Assembly (NCBI GenBank): GCA_016871375.1
Contig: VFYY01000003.1
Span: 1-57,018, forward strand
Reading direction: 5' to 3'
From: Acidimicrobiia bacterium
GTDB taxonomy: Bacteria; Acidobacteriota; Vicinamibacteria; Vicinamibacterales; UBA2999
DNA length: 57,018 nt
Each line of letters opens with the position of its first letter. Position 1 is the first letter of the stretch. This document shows, in pieces, positions 18,966-28,996 of the stretch. The translations under genes and the position numbers were made by a program. The notes under the pieces are model-generated. The model searched no databases. It saw only the letters and a program-made list of their open reading frames with translations, and was not told the DNA's origin.

Positions 18966-19071
18966 GGAACAATCAATTCTACTGGCGCGTTGCTTGGACT
19001 GAGTTGCGGCCGCTCCGTTGTCGCGGCCGCCTGCTCGCGCTCGAAGGCTTGTTGTGGCTCAAACCCCCATC

Positions 19072-19081
19072 TGTTCGAACA
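19072..19081. promoter_or_regulatory. palindrome TGTTCGAACA upstream of cca
   Basis: Perfect 10-bp palindrome 8 nt before ATG 19090. The same half-sites flank an 8-nt spacer upstream of glk (29834..29858). Confidence 0.25.
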
Positions 19082-19089
19082 ACCGGTAG

Positions 19090-20472
19090 ATGTCCCTCGA
19101 GCTGGCTCAGGAGATTGCGCGGGCGGTGCGGGCCGAGGGCGGCCGCGCGCTCGTCGTCGGCGGCTGGGTCCGCGACGTGCTGCGCGGGCAGCCGTCGAAG
19201 GACATCGACCTCGAGGTCTTCGGGATTCCGCAGGACCGGCTTCCGGCGCTGCTCGAGGGCTTCGGCCGGGTGGAGGCCGTCGGCCAGGCCTTCGCGGTCT
19301 ACAAGGTCATCCAGAAGCCGGCAGCCGGCAGCGGGCAGCCGGCAGTGATTGATGTAGTGCTGCCGCGGCGCGAGTCAAAATCGGGCCGCGGACACAAGGG
19401 CTTCGACGTCCACGGCGACCCGTCCATGCCCGTCGAGGAGGCCGCCCGCCGCCGCGATTTCACGATCAACGCGATTTCATGGGACCCGCTGACGGAGGAG
19501 TACCTCGATCCGTTCGACGGGCGCGCGGACATCGAGCGCCGCGTGCTGCGCGTGGTGGACCCGCGGACGTTTGCCGACGACAGCCTCCGCGTGCTGCGCG
19601 CGCTGCAGTTCGCCGCGCGCTTCGAGTACTCGCTGCACGACGAGACGGCCGCGATCTGCCGCCGCATCCCGCTCGACGATCTCCCGGCGGAGCGCATCTG
19701 GGGCGAGATGGAGAAGCTGCTGCTGCAGGCCGCGCGCCCCTCGATCGGCTTCGCGCTCGCGCGCGACCTCGGCGTGGTCGAGAAGCTGTGGCCGGAGCTG
19801 TCGCCGCTCGCCAGCTGCGAACAGGAGCCCGACTGGCATCCCGAGGGCGACGTGTGGACCCACACGCTGATGGTGATCGACACGGCGCGCGAGCTGAATG
19901 GCGACCTGAGTCGCCCACAGCTCATCACCGTGATGCTCGGCGCCGTGTGCCACGACCTCGGCAAGCCGGCGACGACGGCGGTGGTCGACGGGCGGATTCG
20001 ATCGATGGAGCACGAGGAGGCTGGCGTCGCGCCGACGCTCTCGCTGCTCGATCGGCTCAACGTGCACACGATCGACGGCTACGACGTGCGCGGGCAGGTG
20101 GTCGGGCTCGTGGCGCAGCACCTCAAGCCGGGCATGTTCCACAAGGCGGGCAACGTCGGCGACGGCGCCTTCCGTCGTCTCGCGCAGAAGGTCGACCTCG
20201 AGCTGCTGGCGCGGCTCGCGCGCGCCGACTGTCTCGGACGGTCAGGCGGGTTCGACTGCTCGGCGATGGACTGGTTCATCGAGCGGGCGCGCGCGCTCGG
20301 CGTCGAGCACCAGCCGCCGGCGCCGCTCCTCATGGGGCGCCACCTGCTCGCGCTCGGCGTCGAGCCGGGGCGCCGCGTCGGCGAGATCCTGAAGCAGGTG
20401 TACGAGCGTCAGCTCGACGGCGCGGTCACGACCGTCGAGCAGGCGATCGAAGAGGCGAAGCGGGGGCTATAG
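19090..20472 (+). CDS. cca: CCA-adding tRNA nucleotidyltransferase with HD domain
   Basis: GGWVRDVLRG..SKDIDLEV, RRDFTINA, HD motif CHDLGK. The stop TAG lies in the repeat terminus CTATAGCGCGG. Confidence 0.85.
   Translation: MSLELAQEIARAVRAEGGRALVVGGWVRDVLRGQPSKDIDLEVFGIPQDRLPALLEGFGRVEAVGQAFAVYKVIQKPAAGSGQPAVIDVVLPRRESKSGRGHKGFDVHGDPSMPVEEAARRRDFTINAISWDPLTEEYLDPFDGRADIERRVLRVVDPRTFADDSLRVLRALQFAARFEYSLHDETAAICRRIPLDDLPAERIWGEMEKLLLQAARPSIGFALARDLGVVEKLWPELSPLASCEQEPDWHPEGDVWTHTLMVIDTARELNGDLSRPQLITVMLGAVCHDLGKPATTAVVDGRIRSMEHEEAGVAPTLSLLDRLNVHTIDGYDVRGQVVGLVAQHLKPGMFHKAGNVGDGAFRRLAQKVDLELLARLARADCLGRSGGFDCSAMDWFIERARALGVEHQPPAPLLMGRHLLALGVEPGRRVGEILKQVYERQLDGAVTTVEQAIEEAKRGL
19318..19345 (+). 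repeat. heptamer repeat CCGGCAG x4 (one G variant) inside the cca coding sequence
   Basis: CCGGCAGCCGGCAGCGGGCAGCCGGCAG encodes PAAGSGQPA between YKVIQK and VIDVVLPRRE. It is the same unit as the last repeat at 3556..3562. Confidence 0.85.
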
Positions 20473-20584
20473 CGCGGTTTCGACTTCTTCGTAGTGTCCG
20501 GCTTTAGCCGGACCACATACGGCGGCGCCGATCAACTTGGTCCGGCTAAAGCCGGACACTACGGCGTTTCAGAAACCGCTATAG
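20467..20584. repeat. MITE/REP-like element, copy C (complete, CTATAG at both ends)
   Basis: 42-nt arm, 24-nt core ACATACGGCGGCGCCGATCAACTT, and 46-nt arm. It supplies TAG stops to both convergent neighbours. Confidence 0.9.
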
Positions 20585-20806
20585 ACCGCGTCTGTTGAGC
20601 AGCGCCGCCAGGCCTGCCAGGCCGCCGATGATGGCCAGCGCCCTCAGCACGCGGAACAGGTTGATGAACCAGGCGATGCCGATCCCCAGCGCGGCCCACT
20701 GGAACCACCACTGGCCTGGCGAGGTCATCAGGTTGATGACGAACAGCATCACCACGATGAGGGGCCCCACGAACAGGAACTTCAGCGATCCGAGCACTCC
20801 GCGCAT
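20579..20806 (-). CDS. small 2-TM membrane protein
   Basis: The 75-aa core MRGVLGSLKFLFVGPLIVVMLF...GIGIAWFINLF starts at the internal ATG of ORF 20579..21016. The upstream part of that ORF is Arg-rich and looks like antisense noise. Confidence 0.5.
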   Translation of the reverse strand: MRGVLGSLKFLFVGPLIVVMLFVINLMTSPGQWWFQWAALGIGIAWFINLFRVLRALAIIGGLAGLAALLNRRGL

Positions 20807-20834
20807 CGTTTGTGGCTCCTGAAAGTCAGGGATT

Positions 20835-21779
20835 CTACTCCCGAACGTATCTGACGAAATCCTCCGGGTCCACGTTCCCCCCTGACACGATGGCCACCGT
20901 TCCCGGGGCCGGGGCGCCCGCCTGCAGCACCGCCGCCACGCTGGTGGCGCCGCTCGGCTCCGCCACGACCTGCGCCTCCCGGTACAGCCACTTGACCGCC
21001 GCCGCGATCGCCGCATCCTCCACGGTCACGACGTCGTCCACGAACGCCTGCGCGTGCGCGAAGTTCAGCGCGCCGGGGCGCAGCGCCCGCAGTCCGTCGG
21101 CAATCGTGTCGGTGCGCTCGAGCGTCACCGGATGGCCCGCGGCGCGCGACGCGGACATCTTCGGCGCGCCGGCCGGCTCGACGCCGATCACGCGGACCTG
21201 GGCACGGGACAGCTTCACCGCCGCCGCGACGCCCGACACCAGCCCGCCGCCGCCAATCGGCGCGTATACCGTGGTCAGCCCGGGGCACTGCTCGAGGATC
21301 TCGAGCCCGCAGGTGCCGGCGCCCGCGATGATCCACGGATGGTCGAACGGCGGCACGATGGTGAGCGTCCGCGCCGCCGCCTCCGCTTCCGCGCGGCGCT
21401 GCCGATCGAACAGCGTCGTACCGGCGAAGATCACCTCGCCGCCGTAGCGCCGCACGCCGTCCACCTTCACCGTCGGGGCGTTCTCCGGCATGACGACGAC
21501 CGCAGGGATGGAGAGGCGCTGCGCGGCGAGCGCGACGGCCTGTCCGTGATTCCCTGACGAGTAGGTGATGACGCCCGCCGCGCGCGCCTCAGGCGCGAGC
21601 TGCGCGAGCATGTTCGCGGCGCCGCGGATCTTGAAGGCGCCCATCGGCTGCATCTGCTCGCACTTCAGCGAGAACGGTCCGGGAACGTCGAGGAGCGGCG
21701 TGCGAACGGCGACGCCGCGGATGCGCTCCGCGGCGGCGCGGATGTCATCGATCGAGACGAGGCCGGGCAAACTGCTCAT
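20835..21779 (-). CDS. threonine/serine dehydratase (PLP fold type II, no ACT domain)
   Basis: PLP lysine GAFKIRGA, SSGNHGQAVA, and the GGGGL loop. Start is the ATG at codon 20 of ORF 20835..21836. Confidence 0.85.
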   Translation of the reverse strand: MSSLPGLVSIDDIRAAAERIRGVAVRTPLLDVPGPFSLKCEQMQPMGAFKIRGAANMLAQLAPEARAAGVITYSSGNHGQAVALAAQRLSIPAVVVMPENAPTVKVDGVRRYGGEVIFAGTTLFDRQRRAEAEAAARTLTIVPPFDHPWIIAGAGTCGLEILEQCPGLTTVYAPIGGGGLVSGVAAAVKLSRAQVRVIGVEPAGAPKMSASRAAGHPVTLERTDTIADGLRALRPGALNFAHAQAFVDDVVTVEDAAIAAAVKWLYREAQVVAEPSGATSVAAVLQAGAPAPGTVAIVSGGNVDPEDFVRYVRE

Positions 21780-23421
21780 TGGCACGGTAGGCAGGCATCT
21801 CGCGGCTGTTGGCCACGCGCCACCCGAGGTCCGCAAGCAGGCGCATGTCGTCCACGGCGCCGGTGTAGTCCCAGTTCGGCAGCACCTCGTCCTCGACCTG
21901 GTGATACCGCTTCTCGGTGTATTCGTCCTTGATGGCCTTCTGCGCCGCGGGATTGGGACCCGTGTAGTCGATCGGCTCGCTCAGCGACAGCGCGGGAATC
22001 CCGATCTTGGCCAGCGGGAAGTGATCGGACCGGAAGAAGTAGCCGCGTCCCGGCTCGGGGTCGGGGCCGACCACGCGCCCGCGCTCGTTCGCGAGCTGCG
22101 ATGCCATGTCGCCGAGCGTCGAGCGCTCGGCGCCGAGCAGCACGATGTCGCGGCTCGGGCCCGCCATGTTCAGCGAGTCGATGTTGATGTTCGCCGCCCA
22201 GGCCCCGGGCGGCAGCACCGGGTGCGAGGCGAAGTACTCCGCGCCCAGCAGGCCCGACTCTTCCGCGGTCGTGAAGAGCACGTAGATCGACCGCGCCGGG
22301 CGCGTGCGCGCGCGCGCGAGCGCGTCCGCAATCTCGAGCACGCCTGCGAGGCCGGAGGCGTTGTCGGTGGCGCCGTTGAAGATACGGTCCGCGTCAGGCG
22401 GCTCACCGGGCAGCGGCGCCCGCATGCCGAGGTGGTCGTAGTGCGCCGTGTAGATGACCGCTTCCTGCGGCGCCGACCCGCGCAGGACGCCAATGACGTT
22501 CGGCGACGTCTTCTGCTGCACCGTCTGCACGATCGTGCCCGACGCCTGGATGCCGAACGGCACCGGCTTCGCGCCGCGGGACGCCGCGCCCTTGCGGAGC
22601 GCGTCGAGGTCCCGGCCGCCGCGCTTCGCAATCTCGCGCGCCACGGCGTCGGTGACCCAGGCCTTCAGCGCGAGCGTCGGCTCACCGGCAACCGCCGGGA
22701 TCGAGTACTGCGTGCCGCTCCACGACGACTGCACCACCGACCACGGATAGGTGGCGGACTCGTCGGTGTGAATGAGGACCGCGCCCGCCGCGCCCTGCCG
22801 CGCGGCCTCCTCGAACTTGTACGTCCAGCGGCCGTAGTACGTCAGCGCCGGTCCGCCGAAAAGGCCGGGCTCGCCGGACGGCGCCGGCGGGTCGTTGACC
22901 ATGATGAGGGCGACCTTCCCCGTCATGTCCACGCCCTCGTAGTCGTTCCACTCGTACTCGGGCGCGACGATGCCGTGGCCGACGAACACCACCTCGCCGC
23001 CCCCGGTCACGCGCGGCTGCTGGACGTCGCTGAATGCGACAACGTCCGACAGGTAGGTGAACGGTGCGCCCTGCCCCACTGTCAGCGTGAACGACGGGCT
23101 GACGACCGATTCCACGATGGCGACGTTCTGAAAATAGGTCCCGTTGTCGCCCGCCGGCTCGAAGCCGGACAGGGCCAGCTGCGCGGCCAGGTACTTCGCC
23201 GCGAGGTCGCCGCCGCGGGTGGACGGCGCCCGTCCCTCGAGGAGATCGTCGGAAAGAAACTGCAGATGTGCGGCAATCTGCTCGCCGCGAATCTCCTCCA
23301 GAACGGGCCCCTGCGACGCCGCGCCGGCGCCCGCCCGGGCCGACCCGGGGCGGTCCTGCGCGAAGAGAACCGCCACGAGGACGATGGCGACGACGGCCGC
23401 GACCCACAGACTGGCTTTCAT
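21745..23421 (-). CDS. secreted M28-family aminopeptidase with PA domain
   Basis: Signal peptide MKASLWVAAVVAIVLV, HYDHLG, NGATDNASG, and TTAEESGLLGAEYF. The upstream MGSDPPYTSF comes from the hairpin repeat and is probably not translated. Confidence 0.8.
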   Translation of the reverse strand: MKASLWVAAVVAIVLVAVLFAQDRPGSARAGAGAASQGPVLEEIRGEQIAAHLQFLSDDLLEGRAPSTRGGDLAAKYLAAQLALSGFEPAGDNGTYFQNVAIVESVVSPSFTLTVGQGAPFTYLSDVVAFSDVQQPRVTGGGEVVFVGHGIVAPEYEWNDYEGVDMTGKVALIMVNDPPAPSGEPGLFGGPALTYYGRWTYKFEEAARQGAAGAVLIHTDESATYPWSVVQSSWSGTQYSIPAVAGEPTLALKAWVTDAVAREIAKRGGRDLDALRKGAASRGAKPVPFGIQASGTIVQTVQQKTSPNVIGVLRGSAPQEAVIYTAHYDHLGMRAPLPGEPPDADRIFNGATDNASGLAGVLEIADALARARTRPARSIYVLFTTAEESGLLGAEYFASHPVLPPGAWAANINIDSLNMAGPSRDIVLLGAERSTLGDMASQLANERGRVVGPDPEPGRGYFFRSDHFPLAKIGIPALSLSEPIDYTGPNPAAQKAIKDEYTEKRYHQVEDEVLPNWDYTGAVDDMRLLADLGWRVANSREMPAYRANEQFARPRLDR

Positions 23422-23434
23422 GAATGAAGTATAC

Positions 23435-23483
23435 GGAGGGTCAGACCCCATGACACGGATCGACTCATGGGGTCTGACCCTCC
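23435..23483. repeat. 19-bp-stem hairpin element, copy 1
   Basis: GGAGGGTCAGACCCCATGA - CACGGATCGAC - TCATGGGGTCTGACCCTCC. A second copy lies at 41675..41717. Confidence 0.9.
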
Positions 23484-23485
23484 CT

Positions 23486-23641
23486 CACGCTCAGGAATCC
23501 TGCGAACTGATTTACCAGATCCTCGCGAACCGGGCGGGCAAGCCGCTGGCGAAGATCATCCGCGACACCAAGCGCACCGATCTCTATCTCGACGCGAAGA
23601 AGGCGCTCGAGTACGGATTGATCGACGCGGTCGTGGACGCT
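23486..23641 (+). pseudogene. C-terminal remnant of a ClpP-like protease
   Basis: QESCELIYQILANRAGKPLAKIIRDTKRTDLYLDAKKALEYGLIDAVVDA matches the ClpP C-terminal pattern (...ILA..TG.PLE.I..DT.RD.(F/Y)L.A..A.EYGLID.V). There is no N-terminal catalytic part. It starts right at the hairpin element and has no own stop before it runs into the convergent SDR gene. Confidence 0.5.
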
Positions 23642-24558
23642 CAGGCGGCTTCCCGCGCCGTCCTGAATTCCTCGAAGAGACGGGCGACGTTGCCCGCCAC
23701 GGAATGGAGTGTCGGGGCCCAGCCGATGGCGTGCGCGCGCCGGCTGCGGACGATCTGGTTCATCGCGAGCGCGTCGGCCACGGGACCCATCTTCGCGCGC
23801 GCTTCCTCGAGCGGCACGTTGCGGATGTCGGCCGGCGTCTTCGCGTTCCTGGCAATCGCTTCCACGATGTCCGCGACGCGCTCGTCGGCCTCGTCGGTCG
23901 CGTGAAAGATGCCCGACGCCTCGGTGCGCGTGGCCACGCGCAGGTAGAGATCGGCCAGATCCCGGTCGTACACGCAGGGCCAGCGGTTCCGGCCGTCCCC
24001 GACCACCCGAACCAGGCTGTTTGCGGCCTGTTTCAGCAGATCTCCCACGATCCCGCGGGCGCCGCCGTAGACGATGCCCGGCCTGATGACGGCGGTCCTG
24101 AGCGTTCGGCCCCGCCCCGCGTCGAGCACCAGCTTCTCGACGTCCGGCCGCCAGGCGACGAGCGGCGGCGGATAGAGCATCGCGTCCTCGTCGGCCGCGC
24201 CGGCGGTGTTGCCAAGCACCCATACACCGGAGGTGTAGATCAGGCTCGTGGAGTGTCCCTTCGCGCTGTGCTTGATCGCGGCGCCGAGCAACGCTTCGAC
24301 CGCAGCGCGATCCACCTCGGCTCCGCGCTTGGTCGGCTCGAACGCGGTGTGGATGATGCAGTCGCTCGCTTCCGCGGCGGCGACGTAGCGCGATGGCCCC
24401 GCGAGATCGGCGACGACCGGGGTGACGCCGCGCAGCTTGAGGCGCTCGGCCTTCTCTGGATCGCGGACGATCGCGGCGACCTCGTGGCTGCCGCGCAGAA
24501 GGACGTCGAGGACCGCCGAACCGATGTACCCTGTGGCCCCTGTCAGGAAGATACGCAT
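23641..24558 (-). CDS. NAD(P)-binding extended/atypical SDR (epimerase/dehydratase-like)
   Basis: MRIFLTGATGYIGSAVL Rossmann start, at the ATG at codon 40 of ORF 23641..24675. It is divergent from the ligase-ACP-acyltransferase gene, with an 18-bp gap. Confidence 0.75.
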   Translation of the reverse strand: MRIFLTGATGYIGSAVLDVLLRGSHEVAAIVRDPEKAERLKLRGVTPVVADLAGPSRYVAAAEASDCIIHTAFEPTKRGAEVDRAAVEALLGAAIKHSAKGHSTSLIYTSGVWVLGNTAGAADEDAMLYPPPLVAWRPDVEKLVLDAGRGRTLRTAVIRPGIVYGGARGIVGDLLKQAANSLVRVVGDGRNRWPCVYDRDLADLYLRVATRTEASGIFHATDEADERVADIVEAIARNAKTPADIRNVPLEEARAKMGPVADALAMNQIVRSRRAHAIGWAPTLHSVAGNVARLFEEFRTAREAA

Positions 24559-24575
24559 CGCGGGCGACCATTGTA

Positions 24576-27044
<2,469 letters not shown>

Positions 27045-27113
27045 AACGCGCGATTTCTGCAATCGTACTTTGTGTGGCACAATGATTGCTTCAGCGCGTG
27101 AAAGGATGAGCTG

Positions 27114-27332
27114 TTGAGCAAAGACGATCTCATAGACATGCAAGGCACCGTGGTCGCGGTTCATTCCGGCGGGTTGTATCGCGTGCAGTGTGACGCGGGC
27201 CATGAAGTGCTCGCGCAGTTGAGCGGGCGGATGCGGCGGTTCCGCATCAAGGTCGTGCCCGGCGATCGCGTCACCGTCGGCGTCTCACCTTACGACCCGG
27301 TCCGCGGCATCATCACCTTCCGCGCCAGATAG
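27114..27332 (+). CDS. infA: translation initiation factor IF-1
   Basis: 72-aa S1-like protein (GTVVAVHSGGLYRVQCDAGHEVLAQLSGRMRRFRIKVVPGDRV). TTG start preceded by AAAGGATGAG. Confidence 0.95.
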   Translation: MSKDDLIDMQGTVVAVHSGGLYRVQCDAGHEVLAQLSGRMRRFRIKVVPGDRVTVGVSPYDPVRGIITFRAR

Positions 27333-27348
27333 CAGGTCAGTCCACGTT

Positions 27349-28614
27349 TTGACAACCAACCGTACCAGTCATTCTTCACAGCCGCCCTCGAAACGCCGTC
27401 GTCCACCGCGCCGCCGCGGCGCGCATACGCCCGCGCCCGCCCAGCGCGAGATGCGGCTGCCCGAGCCGGCGCCGCCGACGCACGAGCCCGCGGCGTTCGA
27501 CGAGTCGCCGATCCCGTTCGATCAGCTCAATCTGGATGCGCGCCTGCTGAGCGGCATCCGCGATCTCGGATGGACGGAGACGCGGGCGGTGCAGAGCGGC
27601 GTCATCCCGCTCGCGCTCGCCTCCCATGACGTCATCGCGTGCGCCGAGACGGGCACCGGCAAGACGGCCGCATTCCTCGTCCCCGTGCTGCAGCGCTTCC
27701 TGAACGAGCCGGCGCCGCAGCCGCCGCGCACGCGCGCGCTGGTGCTGGCGCCGACCCGCGAGCTCGCCGTGCAGATCGAGGATCAGGTCCAGGGACTGAC
27801 GTATCACACCACCGTGTCGAGCGTCGCCGTCTACGGCGGCGTGCCCATGACCATGCAGGAGCAGGCGCTCAAGGCCGGCGTGGACATCGTGGTGGCGACG
27901 CCGGGCCGCCTCATGGATCACATGCGGCACGAGTCGGTGGACTTCTCGGGACTCGAGGTGCTCGTGCTCGACGAGGCGGACCGCATGCTCGACATGGGCT
28001 TCTGGCCCGATGTGCAGCGCATCCTCGCGCAGCTCCCGCCGGCGCGGCAGACGCTCCTCTTCTCGGCGACGATGCCGGCCGAAGTGCTGCAGCTGACGCA
28101 GGAGTTCCTGAAGGACCCGAAGTACGTGCAGGTGGGACGCCGCGGCGGGCCGGCGAAGACGATTTCGCACGCCGTGCGGACCGTCGCGAAAGGCGAGAAG
28201 ACCGAGTGGCTGGCGCGCTGGCTGCGCGAGGAAGCCGAGGGGCCGGTCCTCGTCTTCTGCCGCACGAAGATTGGCGCGGATCGCCTGGCCAGCCGATTGA
28301 GCGGCATGGGCATCCGCACCACCGCGCTGCATGCCGACCGCACGCAGCAGCAGCGGATGTCGGCCGTGGAAGGATTCCGGACCGGGGTCTACCCGGTGCT
28401 GGTCGCCACCGACGTGGCCGCGCGCGGCCTCGACATCGACGGCATCGCGCACGTCGTCAACTTCGAGGTGCCCGACACGCCCGAAGCCTACGTGCACCGC
28501 GTGGGCCGGACGGGCCGGGCCGAGTCAACGGGGAGCGCGCTGACGCTGGTCGCTCCCGAAGAGGTTCGCGCGCTTCGCGCGCTGGAGAAAGCCGTTGGGG
28601 TCCAACTTCAATAA
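27349..28614 (+). CDS. DEAD-box ATP-dependent RNA helicase
   Basis: Q-motif region, AETGTGKTAAF, PTRELA, DEAD, SAT, HRVGRTGRA. Confidence 0.9.
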   Translation: MTTNRTSHSSQPPSKRRRPPRRRGAHTPAPAQREMRLPEPAPPTHEPAAFDESPIPFDQLNLDARLLSGIRDLGWTETRAVQSGVIPLALASHDVIACAETGTGKTAAFLVPVLQRFLNEPAPQPPRTRALVLAPTRELAVQIEDQVQGLTYHTTVSSVAVYGGVPMTMQEQALKAGVDIVVATPGRLMDHMRHESVDFSGLEVLVLDEADRMLDMGFWPDVQRILAQLPPARQTLLFSATMPAEVLQLTQEFLKDPKYVQVGRRGGPAKTISHAVRTVAKGEKTEWLARWLREEAEGPVLVFCRTKIGADRLASRLSGMGIRTTALHADRTQQQRMSAVEGFRTGVYPVLVATDVAARGLDIDGIAHVVNFEVPDTPEAYVHRVGRTGRAESTGSALTLVAPEEVRALRALEKAVGVQLQ

Positions 28615-28870
28615 CCCGCCCGTCGATGCCCCGCCGCCCGCGCCGGTCACATCCGACAGTCCGCAGTCGGCGGCGTTGGTCCGCTTCAAGTCGTGCCGCT
28701 GGATGCAGCCGGAAGAGAACGGCAACACGTCGTTCTGCACGCACCGCGAGGTGAAGCCGTATGCGGGGACGACGGGGTTCGATGCGGAAGCGTGGTGCCC
28801 GGAGTGCCAGTACTACAAGCTGCGCCGCGCGCCGAAGAAGCGCAGCCCGTCCGACGACTATTCCTATTGA
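28595..28870 (+). CDS. small Cys-rich protein (putative zinc ribbon), unknown function
   Basis: 91 aa with strongly GC3-biased codons. Four Cys (C-x17-C ... C-x2-C) and a basic tail KLRRAPKKR. The TTG start overlaps the helicase end by 20 nt. Confidence 0.55.
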   Translation: MGSNFNNPPVDAPPPAPVTSDSPQSAALVRFKSCRWMQPEENGNTSFCTHREVKPYAGTTGFDAEAWCPECQYYKLRRAPKKRSPSDDYSY

Positions 28871-28996
28871 AGATTGAACGATTGAGGCGATTGAAGATTG
28901 TGATTGATGAATGTCGATTGCAGTGCTGAATGTCGATTGCAGCGCTCAACCCCAATCTTCAATCGCCAATCTCAATCGCCAGTCTTCCAATCGTCA
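28868..28996. repeat. AT-richer palindromic module built from GATTGA / TCAATC short repeats with a 2 x 19-nt direct repeat at its centre
   Basis: Left arm GATTGAACGATTGAGGCGATTGAAGATTG, centre TGAATGTCGATTGCAG(T/C)GC x2, right arm CAATCTTCAATCGCCAATCTCAATCGCC. The TGA stops of both convergent genes lie in the arms. Confidence 0.85.

Noticed and set aside
23449-23469. ATG codons in both arms of the hairpin element produce MGSDP... N-termini on several ORFs (21745..23451, 23467..24576, 41672.., 41704..).
   Set aside because: The shared peptide derives from the palindromic DNA. For the M28 peptidase a signal peptide starts at the downstream ATG (23421), and the other ORFs are antisense noise.
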